The notes below the pieces were generated by a model. That model saw only the letters and a program-made list of their open reading frames with translations. It searched no databases and was not told where the DNA came from. Below, in pieces: positions 53,263 to 64,000 of a stretch of DNA of 64,000 bases. Source of the stretch: Amoebidium appalachense (taxonomy: Eukaryota > Protista > Ichthyosporea); NCBI GenBank assembly GCA_963693365.1, contig CAVNZM010000009.1:1490231-1554230 (forward strand), read 5' to 3'. Positions within the stretch are counted from its first letter, which is position 1, and the number at the start of each line of letters is the position of its first letter. Position numbers and translations under genes: made by a program.

Positions 53263-54400
53263 ACACACACATCTTAATCAGTCACACACAGTACACACAC
53301 ATGCGCAATACACACACACACTTACCCTGTGTAACAAACGACACACTGGCACAGTATATTAACCGGCCTCTTTTGGTGCAGTGGCGGTTTGCAAACACGC
53401 ACGGTCCGGGTTAGTACTAGCCCAAGACAACGTAACGTTAGATATAATTAGCAGCTTCTGCACAGATCTTGTGTAGGGAGAGAGCAGACGGGTAGATGTA
53501 CAACGACTTAGAATAGAAAGAGAGCTGCCGGGTTTGCATTTCTTTTATCCGTGAGCAAGAGAAAGTTACTCAACACAGTTAAGTAACAAGCACTTAATTC
53601 GACTTGTTTCAATTAGTGGCAGTACATAGTGGGCTCGTACCGATACTAGTGCTACCCCTGCACACTGCACTGTGCAACAGAACACTTTGTACTCAAGTGA
53701 CCTTTAAATGCAAAGGATACTTGACGAGACGATATATGCAACAAGTAATTTATTTTATAAAAAGAACAAAAAGGTGTCTGTCAGAGTCTGCTGGTTGCGT
53801 TGGACGGTGTGGAAAATAGTCGATGTATTTTCGACCGAACGCCTTCCCGTTGTCTGTATGTGTATGGCTGACAGGGCATTCCACAAAAAGGTGGACTGAA
53901 TGATCACGCTGTACGTGTGTATAATGTTCACACGCCATGCCTACTTTACCCCCAGAGAGTGTATTTGGCAGAAACGCACCATGCAGGCAGTAAAAGTTCA
54001 ACACCCGTAGTACTTGTGCATATGTTTAACTACGGTGCATGTGTGATAACCTCATGATCACGAATGGCAAAGAAAAAAGCCCAACGCAACAAGCCTGCAG
54101 ACCCCAAAATAACTAAGACGATAGAAATTATCATTTATAATGAAAAGCAAGGGTTTTGTTTAGGCCCGAAGTAGCTTCTACGTCGGGCAGCTGGGGCTGG
54201 CAGGCAGCCCGACAAACGGCGGTCAACCTCGGGTGTTGGAGCGAAGCAAAACATTGATCGATTTTTGAATAGAAGATCTATCCAAAGTGGTCCCGGAACT
54301 GTAGGCCGGCGCGGCGGTGCGGCGCGGTACTTCGGAAAAATAACTCAGTTACTCTGACGCCTTAGCTCGTTTCTTTTAAATCCATCTCGGTCCTTCATGA

Positions 54401-55454
<1,054 letters not shown>

Positions 55455-55458
55455 GATG

Positions 55459-55563
<105 letters not shown>

Positions 55564-55668
55564 CTCTCTTGCTCTCTCGCTCTGTGTGTATGTGTACCAC
55601 TGTGTGTGTCTTTCTTTCTCTCCTTCTCTCTCTCTCTCTCAGTAGTCTTTCTCGGTCTCTCTCTCTCC

Positions 55669-55723
<55 letters not shown>

Positions 55724-56145
55724 TGCGCGCGCGCGCGCACGAGCGCACGTTCCCGTGTGGATTTATGTAACCGAGTGTGTGGGCGAGTGTGTGTGTGGTT
55801 TATGATAGTGTGTGTGCATGTATTCAATGAGTTGTTAGGGTGTGTGGGTGTGGGTGTGGGTGTGGTTAGCAGGTTGCATCGTAATGTGTGCTACTCTGTG
55901 TGTGGACTATTATCATGTCATGATTATTATGATTGAAGCCATTTGGTTGTGTCACGTCTCATGTGGGCTATCACCAAGATCATTATGTTTATCTTTGTAA
56001 CATGCTAACATGTGTGCGTTGTCCTTTTCATATCACATAGCTTGTTTTTAACGTGTTGAATGAAGCAGCTTTGGGTACTTCTGCTTTACAACGGGTACTT
56101 CTGCTTTACAACGGCGCCCCAGCGCACCTAATGTTTAAGCATTGT

Positions 56146-56184
<39 letters not shown>

Positions 56185-57173
56185 CGTGCGTGCCTGCCTG
56201 CCTGTGTCACGGTGTGTATGTGTGTGTGCGCGTGCATGCACGCGCGTGTACGTATGTCCGTGTGTGCGCACGCAGTAGTTCCATGTTTGGTTGTGCGTAT
56301 GTGCGCGCGCGTGTGTGTGTGTGTGCGTGCGCGTGCGTGCCTGCCTGTGTCACGGTGTGTGTGTGTGTGCGTGCGTGCGTGCGCGCACGCGTGTGTTGCG
56401 CACACAGTAGTTCCATGTTTGGGTGTGCATGCATGTGGGTGTGCCCGTGTGTGTTGTGTGTGTGTGTGTGTGTGTGTGCGCTCGTGTTTGTGAGGCTATG
56501 AGTGCCATGTGTGTCAAGGGGTGTATGTGTGTGTTTGTGAATGTGTGCGTGTGTGTTTGTGTGTACCTCCGTGCGCACACAAGCCATGGGTGTGTGGCTG
56601 GCTACCTTACGTTGTGTGCACATGCAGTGCCATTGTGTGTGTGTGTGTGTGTGAATGTACAGTGAACGTGTGTGTGCACGTGTGTGTCACGTGTGTCAGT
56701 GCCACGTGTGTGTGTAGCAGGGGTGTGTTTATGTCTGTGTGTGTGTGTGTGTGTGTTTATGCGTGCTTGTTTGTTTGTGTTTGTGTGTCTTTTGGAAGCT
56801 GTGATTGTATGCAATTTGTTTGACTGAAAAGTAACAGCATGATGAGATGTTGTTATTGACCAATATTGAAGTGGTATCCGTGAATTCATTCTGTATCAAG
56901 CTGGCAGTGTGTTAGTTTTTTAAAATTGAATTTCAATCATTTGCATCGCCGTGTACTAGTAGTTCGTCAAAGTTGAATGAAACCAGAAATAACTGGCAAC
57001 CGGCAACAAACTATGAAAACGAATTTGAGAGAGAGAGATATGTGGAGAGAGACAGGAGAGAGGACTGAGAGGGAGGGAGGGAATGAGAGAGGCAGAGATT
57101 GAGAGAGGGAGGGAGGGAGTAAAATAGGGAGTGTGTGAGAGAGGGAGGGAGGTAGTGAGACAGGGAGGAAGAG

Positions 57174-57204
<31 letters not shown>

Positions 57205-57406
57205 AGAAAGAGAGAGAGAGCTAGAGACGGAGAGGGGGTGGGGAGAGAGGCTCTCGGGGGAAGGGTGCGGGGAGGAGGGGGGGGGGGGGGGAGGGGGGGG
57301 GGGAGCTAGAGAGAGAGCACGGCCATCAGAAACACCCATCTAGAAACAACCAGGCCGTCCAAGGCAACGTCATCGGAATTTGCTCATTTGTTTGCGCAAG
57401 ATTTTT

Positions 57407-58941
57407 GGTCTCGGCCTACTAAAATGGCGGGAAAATGTTCTCCACAGATTTATTCGCCTTCGGCAGCAACGTGATCTACAAATGAGTTAAATTTCATCAA
57501 TTTTTATTTGACGTTTAACCTCTCTTTCAGCTCGGCCGATTGGTGATTTAGACCTACAAGAGTACGGCCGATCGCCGGTCTGTTTATGCGGCCGCACCCC
57601 CGAAAAAACCGCCGTACGTAGGTGTACTATTTGAACACTGCCTTCGCAAAGACACCTATGGTTGCTGTGGCACCTGGATGGGCAATATGCCCATGCCATG
57701 GCGTTGTATCTTTTTAGGGATGGTTAGTTTCCGCTTTAGAGATCATGGGGAACAAGTGCATTGTATACAACTGTAAGAGTAACTATGCTAATGAGACTCG
57801 AAAGGACAGGGGTAAGGAAAATGTAAACCCGCAAGCCGGTGTCGGCCAGAGCGTTACCGTTTCTACTTTTAGGTTTCCCGACCCGGAAAAGCAGCCAGAG
57901 CTGTGGCAGTTGTGGTATGAAAGTTGCCTTCAGGCAGGGGATGTATGGGATAGCAAGGCATGCTTCTTTGAAACATACAAAGATGGTAGGCCTCACGCCT
58001 GCGTCAAGCAATGCGTTGACGCAGATTATTTTCCCAAGGGGTCCTGTAATCCAACGCGAGGGATCCGGCCCCTTAAGCAAGCGATCTTCTCTCGCGATCC
58101 CAATTCCGACCCACCCATGGCCCCTCGCATCTTCTCTGACCCTAAGGACCCAACTAAAACCATCGTGCTAGGTGAAAGGGGCATAAACGTGAGAACGGCA
58201 GCAGCGAAAAGGGTGGCACACAGAATCGAGGCAGAAGCCGCTATACTACGGTTGGCGGAGGAGGAGCGCAAGCAACAGTTACGAGCGGAGAAAGACGCAC
58301 GTAAGCGTGAAGCGCAGCAGAAACTTGCACGGGAACTTAGCGAACGAGAGGCAGAGGAGCGAAGCAAGCGTCTTATGCTCGAGCAGGAGCATGCTCGTGT
58401 CCTTGCAGACCAAATTAGGTTTGCAGACACTAACTTCATTGATGCCGTGTGCCAAGCAATTCTACACAATCCGTGCTGGTCAGCCCATAAGACCACAACC
58501 GGTGTGGCGTCGAGTTTTTGTGTTCAAACCCACGCCAAAATTAAGGAAACCGAGAACGGGACGCTCCCTTTCCCCATATACTAGCCGGTCATGTCCATTT
58601 CACATCTGATGGTCACTACGTAGCCTTTGCCCTCCTACCCGCCTCCCCGCCAGCGCAACCCCTTACCACCGCCGATTTGTTAAGTACCACACCCTAAAAT
58701 AGATGTGTAACGGGTAGATGTAGTGCAAAAGTAGAGACAACCTGTTGTGAATATAAAAACAAACGGGCATAGCATGTTGAATAACCAAGCAACTTTAGCT
58801 GATAACCTGCACGATGAAGTGCAGGTGTAGCTCTGAGTAGTGACGTTTTTTTTCAACATGTGCAGTTTGGACATATATAAATACGTATATACATATACAT
58901 ATATCCACATGAATTCATAGATACAGAGTGAATGTATGTGT

Positions 58942-58973
<32 letters not shown>

Positions 58974-59942
58974 TGTGTGTGTGTGAGCTTTGGGATAAGT
59001 GTGTGGGTGTGGGTGGGTGGGTGGGTGGGTGGGCGTGGGTGGGCGTGTGTGTGTGTGCAGAGAGAGGCAAGAACTTACACACGTGTATCAAACATTCCAA
59101 CCAAAACAGTAACTGGAAAAACATGGCTTAGGCTTAGGTAAAACGTTGAGATAGAGAAGTCGTGTTTGAACCCAGGTACATGGGTAGTTGGTCTGTATAA
59201 TAGAGCGGTCAGCAAAAAGACAATAGAAAATACAACGGTTATCCTTTTATGTCAGAGTTGTGACAAAAATACTTGGTAACAAGGGACATAAAGAAACTCA
59301 AACAGCGCCGTCCGGGAGACCGGTGCCGGTTGTTAGGGGTTACGGAGCGACAAGAGAGCTCTTGTACTCACCACATTTCCAAGGTGTTTTGCTGCCGATG
59401 CTGCTGTTATAATGAAGAGCTTTGCACCATGCAATGCCATATAGTAGCGACTTTCACCGAAAAGTGGAAACCCGTACAGTCGCGAGGACTGAGCAGCAAC
59501 ACGCTAACGCTTGAGGTCCGCTCGCCAAAAAGTGAGAGGAGGGAGGGCGGGAACAGAGAGAAACCGGAACGGATCCGGGTCTACCAGCCATAACAGTTGC
59601 CGTATGCCATCCTTGCAAATGAAGGTATATGTTAGATAGATTATTTTGTTCTCATTATATGCCCAAAGTGGCTCAAAGTGCTCGCAACAACAACAAGACA
59701 AAAAAAGTGGAGCAGAAAAACAGCTTACTCGTGCTTTTGTTTGTACGTTGCAAGTGCAGCAGTTTTCTCCGCGATACCCGTCGGGCTTTTCTTTCAGCCC
59801 GATTCGATTTGAGTATATAATATTTACAAATGATAAGCGCTGCATTATGGGCCGTGGTGTGACCCGATTCGGATCTTCAAATTCAATGCACGATTACCGT
59901 AATCGTCTGGATACGCGGTTGCCATGAAAAGTAGGCCGCACC
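57407..59942. mobile_element. Possible DNA transposon enclosing the THAP ORF
   Basis: Imperfect inverted termini ggtctcggcctactaaaatggc and (reverse complement) ggtgcggcctacttttcatggc; no TSD seen. Confidence 0.35.
57745..58584 (+). CDS. THAP-domain protein with coiled-coil (probably transposon-derived, possibly degenerate or truncated), 279 aa ORF
   Basis: N-terminal MGNKCIVYNCKSNY...TFRFPDP...LWQLW...ACVKQC fits the THAP CxxxxC, F.FP and W pattern, with CxxH replaced by CxxQ. Intronless. Confidence 0.7.
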   Translation: MGNKCIVYNCKSNYANETRKDRGKENVNPQAGVGQSVTVSTFRFPDPEKQPELWQLWYESCLQAGDVWDSKACFFETYKDGRPHACVKQCVDADYFPKGSCNPTRGIRPLKQAIFSRDPNSDPPMAPRIFSDPKDPTKTIVLGERGINVRTAAAKRVAHRIEAEAAILRLAEEERKQQLRAEKDARKREAQQKLARELSEREAEERSKRLMLEQEHARVLADQIRFADTNFIDAVCQAILHNPCWSAHKTTTGVASSFCVQTHAKIKETENGTLPFPIY

Positions 59943-60942
59943 CCCTTGTGGAATGCAGAATAGCCTTTTTTGGTTAACATGTCATTATCCCGGGAATGTT
60001 AATCGCGTTAGACGGCCTGGTGTTTCTATGATAGATGGCCGTGAGAGAGACTCAAGAGGTGTGTGGGCCCGGGTACCATATCAGGAGCGGGCAATTTTTG
60101 AATTCTCCCTCCCCGGCCCCGCCGGGGAAAATTTGAGGTTTTTGGACCTCAAAGAAGTCAAATCCTGCAAAATCCACTACCGGGAGGCCAAAAAGGGTGA
60201 TTTTACAAAAAAGGAGGGACATACATGAAAAAGAGAAAATGGGCGAGTTCAGTGGGCTGCCGATAAGTATATCTCGTGCTGGGCCGGTATACATGCTGCC
60301 GTGGTTGTTGCTGTAGACGGCAGTATGGCATCGCATGTGTCACGTGACCTGCACGTGAATGCGACCATGTGCAGGCACTGAGTCTAGGGGGATTTGTATG
60401 TGTGTTTTGGAGCACCGACAAGGCAGAGCCAGGGTGAGGGATGTGTAAACATGGAGTTTAGGGAGATCGTGCTGCTATTGTAACATGTGCACAAAACAGC
60501 CACGTGCACCGGCACACTCCGGTGTACAGAACAATAATATGCACATGCGTCACTGTAATATCATGTATGCGCATGCCGCACAAGGTTTAGGAGACCACCA
60601 CAGTATATACTATTTTCTTTTGGTTGATATCCATGTAGGAATGGTGTGTTGCAGTTGTCATGATCAGCCTGAGGCAGGCACGTGCACTCACTGAAACACT
60701 AGAACTCATGAATAAAAAATACATTCGCTAAAAACGGCAAGGTAAATTTGGGGCCAAGCTATTATTTCCCCCTTTTAAACGTTTTTTTAGCTCCAAGAAC
60801 TTCGACGCCAAAATTTCTATATTTGGCCATCGTATATGATAATGAACACGTGTACTTAAATTAAAGTAGTTATATAAATATGAGCGGCCCGTTACAAATA
60901 CAGTGACGAAAAACAGTGACCCACGAGCAGTTTTTCTTTCTA

Positions 60943-61003
<61 letters not shown>

Positions 61004-62323
61004 CAGACACACACACCACCACCACGGTGACCACCACCACCACCACCACCACCACTCACCCCTTAAAAAAACCACACACATACGTGCACGTGTACACACA
61101 CACACAGAACACCACCACCACCTCCACTGGACCCCATTTCCTCGTTGTTTTCTTAAGCCTTCAGACCAGTCCTGCACACTGGAGTTAAACAATTGAATTC
61201 ACCTAGGCTGACATGCATCCACCCCCGCCTTCCACTTCCCCTCCCCCCCACCCCCTCCCCCCCACCCCCCCCACCCCCACCCCCTCCCCCTCGATGAAGA
61301 AGGGCCCCCGTAAGCCTTGGGGGGGGGGGGGGAGGGGGGGGGAAGGGGAAGGGGGGAGCTCTTGAGCCTCCGGGTAGGGAAGTGGGGTCCGGGGATCCGG
61401 AGAGGAGGGGGGGGGGGGGGGGGAAGGGGGCATATAATATTGGGCCTAGATATCATAGTATGGGGCCCCGGGGGAGGGAGAGGTGGGGGGGGGAGGGGGG
61501 AGGATCCACGGGAAAGACCTTTAGGTGCATGTTCTTATTTATACCCCCTTCGAATCATCCCCCTCTCCCCCCCCCCCCTCCCCCCCCCCTGAGTGCAGGC
61601 CGTGACGTAGCTACGATAACCCTGCAGAAGGCAACAAAAATGTATTAATTACTAGCACTATACATGTGTTCATAGTGCAGCTTGCACCACGTATGATCTC
61701 AGCAACTTTAAAGTAGTCACAAAGTTTAGTTATTTTCATTATTTTCATTGCTCTGAACTCTATTACTCTGAAATGATCACCGTGCATGTGCCGCAAGATA
61801 ACAACCCTATATGTGTGCAGCTGCTGCCTGCAGGTTAGACTCGCTGAAAAGACAATTGTCAGTGTGCATCCGACGCTTGCAGCTGCAGCTAGCCTCTGCA
61901 ACATTAATACTTGCCAAGTGAATGCTCTTACACTTGATCATCATTCACTCAAAAAACCGAGGACCGACAGATTAAATATTAATGTCGATCCGAATGATCA
62001 GCAAGTGTCTATGCGTACTACTATATATACACACACGTAAAATGCGAAGCTATCAGTTACAAGGCACACCTGCTGCACTGGCACACATACACATACACAC
62101 CGGCAGATCGATGCTGTCAAAATTTACTTTCATGTACTTCGTAGGTCCGACACAGGTGCACATGAACACGTACATATGTACAAGCCGCGCACACACCACA
62201 CCACACATACACACACACACACACACACTCACACACACACACGCACACACGCACACACGCACACACGCACACACGCACGCACGCACGCACACACACACAC
62301 ACACACACGCACGCACGCGCGCG

Positions 62324-62402
<79 letters not shown>

Positions 62403-62823
62403 CACTGGGTGCGCTTGCTGGGGATTAGTTTTTTGGCACGCTGTTGACTTTATCGTGTGTTTATTATTTGCTATTTATTGGCCAGCGGCCAACATTTAAA
62501 AATATACTATATACCTAAAAATAGATACTGACTACGGCCAGCAGACATTATACACCTTCCAGGACACATTAACACCAATAGTCTAACACACCATACTCTC
62601 GATCACAAAGAATTCCTAACAAACAGAGAAAAGTGCAAAGGCTCTGTACTATTACTCAGATTCTAAATTTTAATTCTTTACAGTAAACTTCGGAATGAAA
62701 GCTAGCCCCCCCCCCCCCCCCCCCCCCCCCCTCCCCCCCCCTAACATGACTGTACGAAGAACAGGTATAACTTGAAGCACTACAACACATATGAGATCCG
62801 TTACATTGGTGTACATTCCAATA

Positions 62824-64000
62824 TTAGACACTAGTTTGGCTACTCTGACTACTCTGAGATCCTGATTGGCTGCCTGCAGACTTGCGGCCACGATTACTTT
62901 GCTTTCGATCGTGCCATTGCAGCTGCGTCTCTCCAGCAGGTGGCAACGCCAGGCCCAGCACAGCAGATGCACGAGAAGGGGGTGGGAACTGCCCACCAGC
63001 CGAGGGCTGGCCCACATGGCCCAAGTAAGGATGGGGACCGTGCTGCGGCAGTAGCCCAGGCATGGGGAAGGCAGGGCCGGGCTGAGGCGGCATGATGCCC
63101 CACGGTGGGGGCCAGCCATGTGGGTGGTGCGGGCCTGGATGGGGTGCAGGGGGCATGTGCGGCACATGGCCCTGCTGCATGTCAAGCGCGGGTGCTGGTG
63201 GCATGGCATCCTGATTGGCTGCAACCCAACGTGGGCAGCTCTTGGCCCGATTGGAGCCGGGGCAGCCCTTGCCCTGGCGGCCACACGTCTTGCAGGTCTT
63301 GGGGGCTCTCTGGGGTGGCTGCATAGGAGGGGGCACCGGCAAATCCATCTGCAGGGGCCCCTCAGGGCCAATGTTGCGATGCTTTTTGCCCACTAGCATG
63401 GGCAAGGGCCGCTCACGCTGCGCCCCTGCATCGACACCGTCTGGAACAGGGAGGGGTGGCAAGGGGGCAGGCCGTATGGTTGCTGGCACAGCGTCTGCCC
63501 TCTCCTCGCGCATACGCTTGCGGTGATCTGCCAGGCCCTCGTGTGTGGAGCGCTGTGCATGTGCCGTCTGCCAGGTCTTCCACTTGTCGAAATGCTTCTT
63601 GATGTAGGCCGCATCCTTCATGTAGATTCCCCCAGCCACAGAGGCAGCCTTGTTGAAGTCTTGGGCCAAAGCCTCGAACAGCTGGCCGTTGGGCTTTGCA
63701 TGTGCCTTGTAGGTGCCCAGGAGCAGCGTGCTGAATAGCTTGCGCTCCTGAGGGGTAAGCACCGGAAGGAAGGGGATGGCCACATGTTGCTTCTGCGCCA
63801 GGAACTTGTAGTCGCCCCTCAGTGCAGGGTCCGGCTGTGGTGCACCACGCGCCACCTGGTTGCCCCCCCCCCATGGCAGCACCGTCACCCTCCTCGACCT
63901 CACAGTCCTCTGGCCCGCCCATCACGCCATTGGCTGCAGGCTCGATGTTATCAGACGGAGGTGGGGGTGCGGGCACCGCAACTGGCTCCTGCGCCGGGGC
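62824..64000 (-). CDS. C-terminal part of a large intronless, probably transposon-associated protein with a CxxC..C..C zinc-finger-like motif; 5' end outside window
   Basis: GC-rich coding-like sequence: YKFLAQKQHVAIPFLPV.TPQERKLF...FN...IYMKDAAYIKKHFDKW and KTCKTCG....CPG......C. The frame shifts in the G10 run at 63863-63872. The resemblance to C-termini of fungal TE-associated DUF6729-type proteins is recalled, not verified. Confidence 0.6.

Noticed and set aside
53365-53430. tRNA A-box-like TGGTGCAGTGG and 5S-like GGTTAGTACT
   Set aside because: No cloverleaf or B box; the second motif is part of a simple palindrome.
59273-60336. Several 90-110 aa ORFs in unique sequence
   Set aside because: No recognisable domain or consistent splice pattern.

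Overview
Eukaryotic (non-animal, probably unicellular opisthokont; inferred) genomic DNA with short exons and introns full of (CA)n/(GT)n, (GA)n and poly-C/poly-G tracts, so almost all supplied six-frame ORFs are repeat artefacts. Manual exon stitching (GT-AG boundaries, phase-checked) gives: a TIPIN/Swi3/Csm3 gene (90-7297, -) head-to-head with a Cys/His-rich bZIP transcription factor (8143-11055, +); a 19-exon NCA2/DGS1-family gene (13087-26252, -) head-to-head with an intronless HSP20 (26762-27358, +); and two intact tandem paralogs of a 12-exon gene encoding a coiled-coil plus two globin domains and a C-terminal CaaX box (29150-36600 and 39271-46924, -). The right third is transposon-rich: MITEs, a deleted pogo/Fot1-like element, a THAP-domain ORF and an intronless TE-like ORF running off the window end. 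The most notable items are the apparently prenylated didomain globins, the bZIP with metallothionein-like arms, an NCA2 exon end triplicated with only synonymous changes, and a structured element shared between introns of two unrelated genes. All family calls come from recalled motifs; no searches were run.
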